Assembly (NCBI GenBank): GCA_001816585.1
Contig: MHCJ01000003.1
Location: 650,681-714,680, forward strand
Source: Candidatus Chisholmbacteria bacterium RIFCSPHIGHO2_01_FULL_52_32
Lineage (GTDB): Bacteria; Patescibacteriota; Microgenomatia; UBA1400; Chisholmbacteraceae
Length of the DNA: 64,000 nt
Direction: 5' to 3'
In this document: positions 29,508-37,519 of the stretch, piece after piece
Layout of the letters: each line of letters opens with the position of its first letter
Numbering within the stretch: the stretch's first letter is position 1
Notes under the pieces: generated by a model
Databases searched by the model: none
What the model was told of the DNA's origin: nothing
What the model saw: the letters and a program-made list of their open reading frames with translations, nothing else
Program-made: the position numbers and the translations under genes

Positions 29508-30479
29508 TTATTCATATTTTTCATTCCAGCGATCAGTCAAAGCTGTGTACGTGTATGCATCAGCTACTAAGTTTGCGTATGTCTCATCATTATTGTAGGT
29601 TTTTGCAATCTTAATGACTTCGTTCCTACGTTCATCGCTAATCCACTCTCCATAAACACGCTGATTGGCGAAATACTCCTTTACGGCTAAGTCTACCGAT
29701 TTTTTATCATTCAGGGGCTTGGTTGAAGTGACTTGCATTATGCCATAAGTTCCTCGTCGGATAATGAGGGATTTGATTCTTTCTAAAAACCTGAACCATT
29801 TTGGTCGCTGGATATTTTCGACAATAGCAACGGCAAGAACGATAGCTTTGTCAGCGTGAAATTGTCTACTCTTTATCTCAATTTCGTCAATTAGGTTGTC
29901 ATCAATTGTTGCAAGCGACCGTTGAAATATCTCTGCTGGATGTTGATCGCGATTTTCGTAAGTCTTGTAAATTAATACAGCTAGACCAGCTCCTACAAAA
30001 GAAGACCATATGTTATCAACAAGTCCCTGCCATGTCGGGAAAAATGAGCCTACATACTTTGAATTTGACGCCCACCCGCTGAAGAATCCAGTAATAGGTA
30101 TGGATAAAATCGAAAAGATATGCACTAAATACTGGGAATATACATTAAAAAATCGTTTCAATCTCCCAGAGCGAATAATTAATTGTAAGAGAGCTCTACC
30201 ATTATGTAATAGGGTATGAAGTGAACCTATAGTAATTCCAACGATGAGATGTTGATTTATTGATAACTTGCTCCCAAACATTGAGATGGCTAAATTTATC
30301 GCAATAAATATTGGGATCATTCGAAAGGAGACGAACCGGAGTGGAGAAATGCTAATAAAAAGACTTGTGAAGTCTGATGTGCCGAAGTAAATATCTGGCC
30401 ATCTGTTTTTGAATATCCAGTAAAATATTTCTATAAAAAACAATCCAGCACTGATAACGATCAAGACATCGGGAATCAT
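29508..30479 (-). CDS. polytopic membrane protein with C-terminal lytic-transglycosylase (SLT)-like domain
   Basis: About 6 TM helices, then AIVLAVAIVEN...RGTYGIMQV resembling the SLT catalytic Glu and GLMQ motifs. Confidence 0.5.
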   Translation of the reverse strand: MIPDVLIVISAGLFFIEIFYWIFKNRWPDIYFGTSDFTSLFISISPLRFVSFRMIPIFIAINLAISMFGSKLSINQHLIVGITIGSLHTLLHNGRALLQLIIRSGRLKRFFNVYSQYLVHIFSILSIPITGFFSGWASNSKYVGSFFPTWQGLVDNIWSSFVGAGLAVLIYKTYENRDQHPAEIFQRSLATIDDNLIDEIEIKSRQFHADKAIVLAVAIVENIQRPKWFRFLERIKSLIIRRGTYGIMQVTSTKPLNDKKSVDLAVKEYFANQRVYGEWISDERRNEVIKIAKTYNNDETYANLVADAYTYTALTDRWNEKYE

Positions 30480-30592
30480 AAGAATGATGTGCCAACCTTA
30501 TACTAGCATCAAAAAGTGAACTCTATCGCCGAAAAAATCCGCCCTTGCGAGTCTCAAATAATCTCTATGGCACAGCTTAGTATTAGATTGTT

Positions 30593-32494
30593 TCATCCGG
30601 CCAATATCTTATGAATTCTGTGGGCATATTTATCAATTAACTGGGCCCTTTCAAAATTAATGGCTTCAGGAATATTGCTCTGAGGATATGTTGTTCTTCC
30701 GGTTTCAACTTTCTTTCGAGCAATTTCTCTACAAACAACATCAGTTACTAGCTCACCGATTAATACTCGTGCATATCTTTCGTTTTGATTCTCCCCATAA
30801 GGACCTATGTACATTTTTACTGAAGGTGCTTGCGTCGCAACAGTGATTATTCCGCTAGCTCTATCAAACATAACCCTGTACCGAGGATCTTCTTTGGGGC
30901 TGTATGTAATATCTTTAAAGAGACCTTTATTCTTTGGAAGTCCATCCACAATATCCGTCGGTTCTTTCGGTTTTGAACGAACTTCTATTAGGCACTCTGC
31001 TTTGAGTTCTCCAAATCTGGCGGTAAGCAAACCGAGGGCCCCTACTTGTCTGCCTTCAACTTTTACAGTCTCTGATGCAACATTACCAATTACATCAGAC
31101 TTTTGAAATTGAACTTTTGGCGTATGGACGATGAGCTCTTCTGAATCACTTTGGATTAATATCTCTTTATTGAATGGTATCGTATGGGGAACTAAGGCCC
31201 TAAGAGTAATGCTCTTAATCTTTCCGCTTACTACGGTTGTTATTGGTGGCAGGAAGGCAAAACCATTTTCTGGAATTTCCGGCTGCCTATGTAGGTCCTC
31301 ATCTAATCCAGTATCGCTTACCTCATCTCCAAGTTCCTCTTTTGTAATCTCACCAAGATCCTTCAATAATTTTTTAAATCGTTCTTTGGTTTCTCTTGTT
31401 TCAATATCCCTTTCTTCCTCCTTTCTTCTCATTTTTTCTTCTTTAATAATCGGTTCAAGAATTTCTTCAACGGCCAACTTTAATGATTTTATAAATGGAT
31501 GTTTGTTATTAAGCTCATCTCTTTTATCAGATATCACCTCCTCGCCTGAATTTAATAAGGTGTAAATATATTCGCATGTTACTTGACCAAATAGTCTTTC
31601 TGCTTCAGGGGAACTATCATATTTAAACAGTGTGATATCGTGTATGGCCTTACCATCTGATATTAATAACCCATTCTCTCTGTATGGACCCGCCTCCTCC
31701 CTCCCGCTCAGCGGCAATTCAGATCGATTGATTTCGATAGTAGCGTCGATTCTTTGACCTTTATAGTTAATAAAAAAAGAAGCTTGATATATCTTTTTTC
31801 CTCTTGGTGTTTTGTAGGAAATTTGAACTGGTTCACGCTTTTTATCTCCTTTATCTGATCGCTCAATAAGCTGCACAATCCTGTTTGGATCTTGGAGAAT
31901 GTTTCTCAGACTAAAATACTTCTGTAGTTGTTCTTTTAATCTCTCGAATTGAGGTGTTTTAATTTCTTCTCTGGTAGTTTTAAGTGTTACCTCCGTCCCG
32001 CAATCATAGATTCCTAGTCTACCCTTGTGTGTTGCCTTGACGGTTACAGGTGATTTTGAGTCATAATAAGCTTTATCATCAACATCGCATTCATATAGAT
32101 AGCCGTTTTTTACTGATCTAACTCTTCCATAACCAACGCCTACCATAGCTTCCTTCAATCCTCTTCCATAGTAACCTCTTACTATAGTCGGTGATTCACG
32201 GCCGCTCGTTTCTCCTCCATAACGGCCGATCTTTTCATCCATCTGCTGTCTATCAAAGCCTTCAGCTTGATCGACAACTCGAAAAGTAGATCCTATTCTT
32301 TTTCTTACAATTTCAATATGAATTAATCCTGATGTTTTCGAGTCGCTTTTTTCTATTCGACTATAGCTATCATCAGAATTTGTTATAAGTTCCACAAGAG
32401 CATATACGGGAGAATCTCCAACAAGTTGCTTCGCATTCTGAATTAATACTCTCGTCTCGATGTGTATTGGCCTTCTCTTTGTGTCCATAATCAA
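30593..32494 (-). CDS. MORC-like GHKL (Bergerat-fold) ATPase with a charged coiled-coil linker and an unknown ~200-aa C-terminal domain
   Basis: N-box ELITNSDDS, G1-like VVDQAEGFD, G2 GYYGRGLKEA (the G-x-Y-G-x-G-L-K pattern seen in MORC/MutL-type HATPase_c_3). Third gene of an operon with 4-nt overlaps. Confidence 0.65.
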   Translation of the reverse strand: MIMDTKRRPIHIETRVLIQNAKQLVGDSPVYALVELITNSDDSYSRIEKSDSKTSGLIHIEIVRKRIGSTFRVVDQAEGFDRQQMDEKIGRYGGETSGRESPTIVRGYYGRGLKEAMVGVGYGRVRSVKNGYLYECDVDDKAYYDSKSPVTVKATHKGRLGIYDCGTEVTLKTTREEIKTPQFERLKEQLQKYFSLRNILQDPNRIVQLIERSDKGDKKREPVQISYKTPRGKKIYQASFFINYKGQRIDATIEINRSELPLSGREEAGPYRENGLLISDGKAIHDITLFKYDSSPEAERLFGQVTCEYIYTLLNSGEEVISDKRDELNNKHPFIKSLKLAVEEILEPIIKEEKMRRKEEERDIETRETKERFKKLLKDLGEITKEELGDEVSDTGLDEDLHRQPEIPENGFAFLPPITTVVSGKIKSITLRALVPHTIPFNKEILIQSDSEELIVHTPKVQFQKSDVIGNVASETVKVEGRQVGALGLLTARFGELKAECLIEVRSKPKEPTDIVDGLPKNKGLFKDITYSPKEDPRYRVMFDRASGIITVATQAPSVKMYIGPYGENQNERYARVLIGELVTDVVCREIARKKVETGRTTYPQSNIPEAINFERAQLIDKYAHRIHKILAG

Positions 32495-33147
32495 TCCCTT
32501 CTTTTAAGCATCCCCCCGCGTTTTCCTACAAATAGCTCTTCTTTGAAATTTTCCTCACAAAAGTGAAGTAAATTCATAATGTCGTCTCTGCCATATAGCT
32601 CTACATACTGCTTAATTTCAATAAGATTGTCTTTTTTGGTAAGAGGTAGGCTATCCGGTGTACAAAAAATTAATTCATAGAAATCTAATGGCTGAATTTG
32701 ATCTCGTTTCCCAACTTTGTACAAATGGTAAGCCTTACTTTTCTCTATTCTCTTTACGAATATTCCTGCTCTTGTTCTCTCGTCTCCTTTACGTCTAACA
32801 ATAACCACATCTCCTGAAGAAGGGGCTAATTTGTTGTGTATTCTCTCTGCAGCTCTGGTACCAAGAGGTGTGATATTAAATCCCCGAGAAGTACTACCGG
32901 TAATATAATGCTTGTCAGTTCTACATCGGAGCCACGTTTTATTGACTAGGGATGAATCTGGCCACTCTGGGTGTCCGATCAGATGGAATCTAGATGGAAA
33001 AAGTGTAAAAACTTTCTCGACCAGATTCTCAAATGTCGGATTCTTATTCGTTTTAAGCAAGGAAAAAAGTGCGTACGTTACCAATTCGTCATACGAAATT
33101 TTCATGTAAACATCAGGTTCATAAAGCTCACGAGGTTTTGAGATCAT
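32491..33147 (-). CDS. hypothetical protein (middle gene of the GHKL operon)
   Basis: 218-aa ORF whose ATGA overlaps both neighbours (translational coupling). No recognisable motif. Confidence 0.5.
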   Translation of the reverse strand: MISKPRELYEPDVYMKISYDELVTYALFSLLKTNKNPTFENLVEKVFTLFPSRFHLIGHPEWPDSSLVNKTWLRCRTDKHYITGSTSRGFNITPLGTRAAERIHNKLAPSSGDVVIVRRKGDERTRAGIFVKRIEKSKAYHLYKVGKRDQIQPLDFYELIFCTPDSLPLTKKDNLIEIKQYVELYGRDDIMNLLHFCEENFKEELFVGKRGGMLKRRD

Positions 33148-33359
33148 AACCTAAATTCCTTCTTCTTTTTCTTAATAAAACGAGCCTTCGTCATCTTAAG
33201 TTGGGAATCGATTGCGTAGAAGATCTTATTGATCTCTTCATCGGAGTAATCGTAATTTGCTCTGTTGGAGAGATTTCCGAGAATTCGAAGTTTCTCGAGG
33301 ACGATATTTGTTCTTTGTACTGCCAGGCGTTTAAATCTATCTTGTCGTGTTTCTGTCAT
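33144..33359 (-). CDS. small basic protein, possible DNA-binding regulator (first gene of the GHKL operon)
   Basis: 71 aa with a predicted helical core RFKRLAVQRTNIVLEKLRILGNLSN and a K-rich tail. Confidence 0.4.
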   Translation of the reverse strand: MTETRQDRFKRLAVQRTNIVLEKLRILGNLSNRANYDYSDEEINKIFYAIDSQLKMTKARFIKKKKKEFRL

Positions 33360-33681
33360 AGGAACATTATCAATTGTGTATAAACAGCGCTATTATACCA
33401 TATATGGTATCATTTGTAAATATCTAATATTAGAAAATGATAATCTAATATTGCCTGATCTGTATATAAACCTTCACTTGAGATAAATAAAAACTGCCCT
33501 TCCGGGCAGCATTTGATTGTGTTCCTAAATATCCTAGTTCTCAAGTGCTCTTCAAGATATGAACTTTCGCTGATGCTATATCTCAGAGTTAGACACTATT
33601 ACCAGATAATCTGATAGTTTTGTTATTGACACTTTCGTAAAACTTTCATATAGTTTAACCGTTACCTTACAGTTCGTCATT

Positions 33682-35094
33682 ATGCTTACACCTAAACAAA
33701 AGAAAGTACTAGATTTCATAACATCTTTTATCAAGACAAATGACTATTCTCCATCATTAGAAGAAGTCGCGAAGAATTTTAAACTCAAGTCTGTTTCGAG
33801 TGCGCATCAATTTGTTGATGCCCTCCATAAGAAGGGATATTTAAAAAAAATAGAGAATCAACAGCGCTCAATTGAACTAATAATTGGATTGGTAGAGATC
33901 CCTTTATTTGGTTATATTTCCGCTGGTGAGCCTATTGAGGCTATTTCGAATCCAGAACCCATAAAAGTACCTCACAAGATGCTCTCGAAGAGTGGTCTTC
34001 ATTATGCACTAAAAGTTAAAGGCGATAGTATGGTTGATGAAGGAATAAATGACGGAGCTACAGTCATAATTCGAAGACAAGAGACGGCTACGAACGGCCA
34101 AAAGGTAGTCGCTCTTATAAACGGAAATGAAGCGACGCTCAAGAAGATTTATAAAGAGAAGAAAGGTTTTAGACTCCAGCCAGCAAATTCCAGCATGAAG
34201 CCAATTTTCGTAAAAGATTTAATAATTCAAGGAAAAGTGATAGGGGTACTACCAAACTATGAAGATACAACTAGACCTACGGGGAAAATAGCTCAAACCA
34301 AAATTCCTACAAAATTTGCTTTAGACAGGATTATTTCTGGTGATGTTTTAGAGGTAATGTCTCAAATTCCTGATAATAGCATTCATCTAGCTATAACTTC
34401 CCCGCCCTATAATGTGGGTAAAGATTATGACAACCATAATGATCGTATGAATTATCAAGAATATTTAGAATGGCTTGAGAAAGTGTGGAGAGAAACAAAA
34501 AGGGTACTTGTACCAGGGGGAAGGTTTGCACTAAATATTGCTCCGACAGGAATCAAAGATTTCGTACCTATTCACCACGATTTCGCAAATCAATTGCGTA
34601 AAATAGACATGAAATTTAGAACAGAGATTATTTGGTACAAACAAACAATGCTTAAACGTACTGCCTGGGGAAGCTTTAAAAGCCCAGCGAATCCTCATAT
34701 AGTACCATCGTGGGAATATGTATTAGTTTTCTCAAAAGACAAAGACAGGCTGGATGGAGATCAGAAAAACTCTGACATAACAAAGCAAGAGTTTATGGAT
34801 TTCTCTGATGGATATTGGAAAATACAGCCTGAGACAAAACGAAATGGACACCCGGCACCTTTTCCCGAGGAATTAATTTACCGCCTCATAAAATTCTATT
34901 CTTATAAAGGAAATACTATTTTAGATATGTTTGGTGGAACTGGAACAGTTGCAGTAGTGTCCCACAAGACTAAAAGACGTTTTATACATATAGACATTTC
35001 AGAAGAATACAACAGGGTAGCACAAAAACGCTTGGATGCCATCAAAAACCCCCCACAACTTTTTGGAGAGAATTCCTACCGGTTTGCTGCCTAA
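33682..35094 (+). CDS. fusion: LexA repressor (wHTH + S24 autopeptidase) plus beta-class N4/N6 DNA methyltransferase (SPPY, m4C-type)
   Basis: Residues 1-~200 align to E. coli LexA along their length: LTPKQKKVLDFI, the cleavage-site SAGEP, Ser nucleophile GDSM, Lys in ATLKKIYK, and PANSSMKPIFV. Residues ~215-470 carry MTase motif IV TSPPYN followed by motif I FGGTGT. It is a single uninterrupted ORF. Confidence 0.8.
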   Translation: MLTPKQKKVLDFITSFIKTNDYSPSLEEVAKNFKLKSVSSAHQFVDALHKKGYLKKIENQQRSIELIIGLVEIPLFGYISAGEPIEAISNPEPIKVPHKMLSKSGLHYALKVKGDSMVDEGINDGATVIIRRQETATNGQKVVALINGNEATLKKIYKEKKGFRLQPANSSMKPIFVKDLIIQGKVIGVLPNYEDTTRPTGKIAQTKIPTKFALDRIISGDVLEVMSQIPDNSIHLAITSPPYNVGKDYDNHNDRMNYQEYLEWLEKVWRETKRVLVPGGRFALNIAPTGIKDFVPIHHDFANQLRKIDMKFRTEIIWYKQTMLKRTAWGSFKSPANPHIVPSWEYVLVFSKDKDRLDGDQKNSDITKQEFMDFSDGYWKIQPETKRNGHPAPFPEELIYRLIKFYSYKGNTILDMFGGTGTVAVVSHKTKRRFIHIDISEEYNRVAQKRLDAIKNPPQLFGENSYRFAA

Positions 35095-35124
35095 ATACTC
35101 AAAGCGGTTCGAAAAACTATAGAA

Positions 35125-35940
35125 TTAGCCAAATAATGTTTTACCTTCAAGCACCCCTTCATCAATTGGCTCATCAGTAAAATTGGGAACAACCTCTTGT
35201 CTCCAGATCCTTAGGTCGGAAAAAAGCGGTTTTCCTCCGTCAGTCCTGGAAAAATCCAGTTTTTTAACTTGGGAACATTCAGTAGTACTTGGGTGTGTTG
35301 AAAAAACGCGATCCAAATAAGCTTCCGACTTTTTTCGTAAGCTACTTGCTTCATTATCGCCTTTGACGAACTTCTTATCCAAATCTTGAGTTACCAAGCA
35401 ATATTTGATGTTGTTATTTCGAAGTGCTAAAGCCCAGAACAAAACAGCATCGTTTCTGGCATGGTCACTTGTCTTACAGTTTAAAAGCGCAAATACTTTG
35501 AGTCTACCGCCTTGTTCTTTTGATAGCACAACTATATCGGAGTCTGGCCACACGCCGGTGGTTGTTTGAACGCAGCGTCGTCTAGCATCTAAAGTTAAAA
35601 ATCGCACAATTTCCTGGGCTCGTGGCTTTTTTCTGAGATGATCTCCTTTTACGGCCACTATCCCTTCGTTGTTCAAGTTTTCATTTATGATATTTCTAAT
35701 GAATATTTCAAAATTATTTCCACTGGCTGCTACCCAACTCTGCCTTGCCTGGTTTAAATTTCCTCTGCCTTTTTCCTGATAGAGTCTAATGTAAATTTTC
35801 TGAGTAGTCTCCATGACCTTTCTTTCAGGAACTTCCTCCAATTGAACAGTGTTCAAGATCCTCCCTACATCATTAATGGGTTTATTCCCAAAGCTCTGCA
35901 AATCCCGTTTTGCTTTTTGATAAATTATTTCGAAATCCAT
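35125..35940 (-). CDS. putative type II restriction endonuclease (convergent partner of the MTase)
   Basis: 271 aa with a PD...(D/E)xK-like stretch (WPDSDIVVLSKE). The position convergent to a methyltransferase fits a restriction enzyme. The motif assignment is weak. Confidence 0.45.
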   Translation of the reverse strand: MDFEIIYQKAKRDLQSFGNKPINDVGRILNTVQLEEVPERKVMETTQKIYIRLYQEKGRGNLNQARQSWVAASGNNFEIFIRNIINENLNNEGIVAVKGDHLRKKPRAQEIVRFLTLDARRRCVQTTTGVWPDSDIVVLSKEQGGRLKVFALLNCKTSDHARNDAVLFWALALRNNNIKYCLVTQDLDKKFVKGDNEASSLRKKSEAYLDRVFSTHPSTTECSQVKKLDFSRTDGGKPLFSDLRIWRQEVVPNFTDEPIDEGVLEGKTLFG

Positions 35941-36110
35941 AAAATATTGATTGTGAGTGTACTAATACTAATAGTTTAACACAAACACCAGACTAAAACT
36001 CCGTCCGTATAGATTACCTCGCCGTAATAGCTATTGCAGGTCCAGCATGCAAAAGTATGAAAGGTGTTTACGGGATGTCAAGTGTAGTTTAGCGAGCTTA
36101 AGGGGATTTA

Positions 36111-36168
36111 GGGGCTCCCAGTGAGATAGGCAAGCCATCTCACGGGATCAGAGAGAAGTTAGGGGAGG
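36111..36168. ncRNA. conserved ~55-nt hairpin element, copy 1 (family also at 39260-39313 and 56730-56786)
   Basis: ggggctcccaGTGAGATaggcaagccATCTCACgggatcagagagaagttagggg. Copies differ by compensatory stem changes (GTGAGAT/ATCTCAC versus GTGGGAT/ATCCCAC). Confidence 0.5.
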
Positions 36169-36614
36169 ATCAGCTCCCCTTGCATCCCCGGCCAGAGGCC
36201 TTCGGTCTTTTCAAGCCTGATACGGACAAGGCAAGTGTTGTTTTTAAGATTTGGAAGAGGAGGCAAGACTTGGCCGGGGAACTCCCCGTCTTTGCCGGAA
36301 AGAAGGATTTTCACCTGCGCTCCTTCCGCAAAGTTTCCGATTTCGCTCCAGGGAACCTCAAACTCAAAGTGAAGCGTAGCAAAGTCAAGGATCGCGAATC
36401 CGTACGACCCGGGAGTGATGTAGAGCCCCGGCCGCAAGCCGTCATCCGAAACCACGATTCCCTCAACCGGAGAGGCTAAGGATGTCTGGTCCATCCGGTA
36501 TTTTGCCAGCTCGACTGCCTTGACCGCCGGAGCCTCGGCGAAGGCGGGCCTCGCCCTTCCGTCCTGTCCCTCGTAGCCCCGCCTTCCACCTGGGAGGTGG
36601 AATAGCCTTGACAC
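36159..36614 (-). pseudogene. 5'-truncated fragment of an RND/HlyD-family periplasmic adaptor gene
   Basis: Encodes only the C-terminal beta-barrel/MP-proximal part (EGIVVSDDGLRPGLYITPGSYGFAILD...VRIRLEKTEGLWPGMQGELI). The coiled-coil N-terminal half is absent, and the missing side abuts ccgacctgcag repeats at 36690 and 36790. Confidence 0.5.
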
Positions 36615-36839
36615 CTAGGGATATAGGGATGTTGCGGTCTTTCACCTTAGAGGTGCACTCTTGACCACACCTTGGGTATTTCGTAAAGGTCCGACCTGCA
36701 GTTTCCTCCTCTCGCCTTCCAAACCAGCTTTGGTATTCTCTGGACAAATCGGGTTTTTACAGACGAAGCCGAATCCGACTCGATCCGACCTGCAGGCTAG
36801 AAAACAGTTCGGGTTTTTGTGCGACGAACATTTTGACGT

Positions 36840-37319
36840 CTATCGATGCTTTTCTACCCATTCCCAGAATTCTTTTGGGGAAAAAACAAGGAGGGGCTTG
36901 AGAGCCTTCCTTACCCGATCTGTGAGGATATGGCCTTTATCAAGAGAAAGAAGGAAATGAGCTCCGGATAGTACAGCCCCTGCAAGAATGGGAGCATCGT
37001 CCGGATCTACGATCACACTATGGAACTTCTTTATGATGTGTCGAGGGGCATCAGAGATCACACGGATCACTTTCTTCTTCAGAAGTGCTTCAAGCTTGTC
37101 CGGATCGACACCCAATTTGTGAAGATGTTTTGTAACTTCTTCAATAACAAATGGGGTGGTGAACAACCGAAGTTTCCCCTTTGCTCCGGCAGAGAGAATT
37201 TTTCTTGAGCCACCACTGGGAGAGGCAAGAGCTGAAAGGATGACCGAGGAATCAAGGAAGACGGTTAATGATTGCCTCAATGCGCTTCTGCTGTTTTTCC
37301 GTGAGTTGATCATCGGCAA
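36840..37319 (-). CDS. vapC: PIN-domain ribonuclease toxin (VapC)
   Basis: VFLDSSVILSAL and downstream conserved acidic residues. The start is uncertain because the track ORF overlaps the antitoxin by 68 nt. Confidence 0.75.
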   Translation of the reverse strand: MPMINSRKNSRSALRQSLTVFLDSSVILSALASPSGGSRKILSAGAKGKLRLFTTPFVIEEVTKHLHKLGVDPDKLEALLKKKVIRVISDAPRHIIKKFHSVIVDPDDAPILAGAVLSGAHFLLSLDKGHILTDRVRKALKPLLVFSPKEFWEWVEKHR

Positions 37320-37503
37320 TCCACTGCTTCATCTCTCGCAGGGAGAACGACCGCAATTTCTGTTGTTGCCGTTTCACCGGTTTAATCTCCGCAAGCGGGC
37401 GAGAGCGGTAAAACAAGAGTAACGATTTTCCTTCCTCCATCGCAGACCTCAGCTTGGAGAAATCTTCACGGAGTTCCTTGGTGGAAATGGTTTGAATCTT
37501 CAT
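37252..37503 (-). CDS. vapB: antitoxin of the VapBC pair
   Basis: 83 aa; the TISTKELRE...SLLLFYRSRPLAEIKPV N-terminus resembles a Phd/YefM antitoxin. It lies immediately upstream of the PIN gene. Confidence 0.65.
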   Translation of the reverse strand: MKIQTISTKELREDFSKLRSAMEEGKSLLLFYRSRPLAEIKPVKRQQQKLRSFSLREMKQWIADDQLTEKQQKRIEAIINRLP

Positions 37504-37519
37504 GCTGAAAGTTTATCTT

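Noticed and set aside
22700-29510. Diversity-generating retroelement explanation (TR/VR pair) for the identical 137-nt repeats
   Set aside because: No reverse transcriptase gene is present. The repeats are non-coding. The differences between copies are not adenine-specific.
33493-33512. Hairpin ctgcccttccgggcag read as an intrinsic terminator
   Set aside because: It lies in a divergent promoter region with no upstream gene on either strand to terminate. It is more likely an operator or structural element and is left unannotated.
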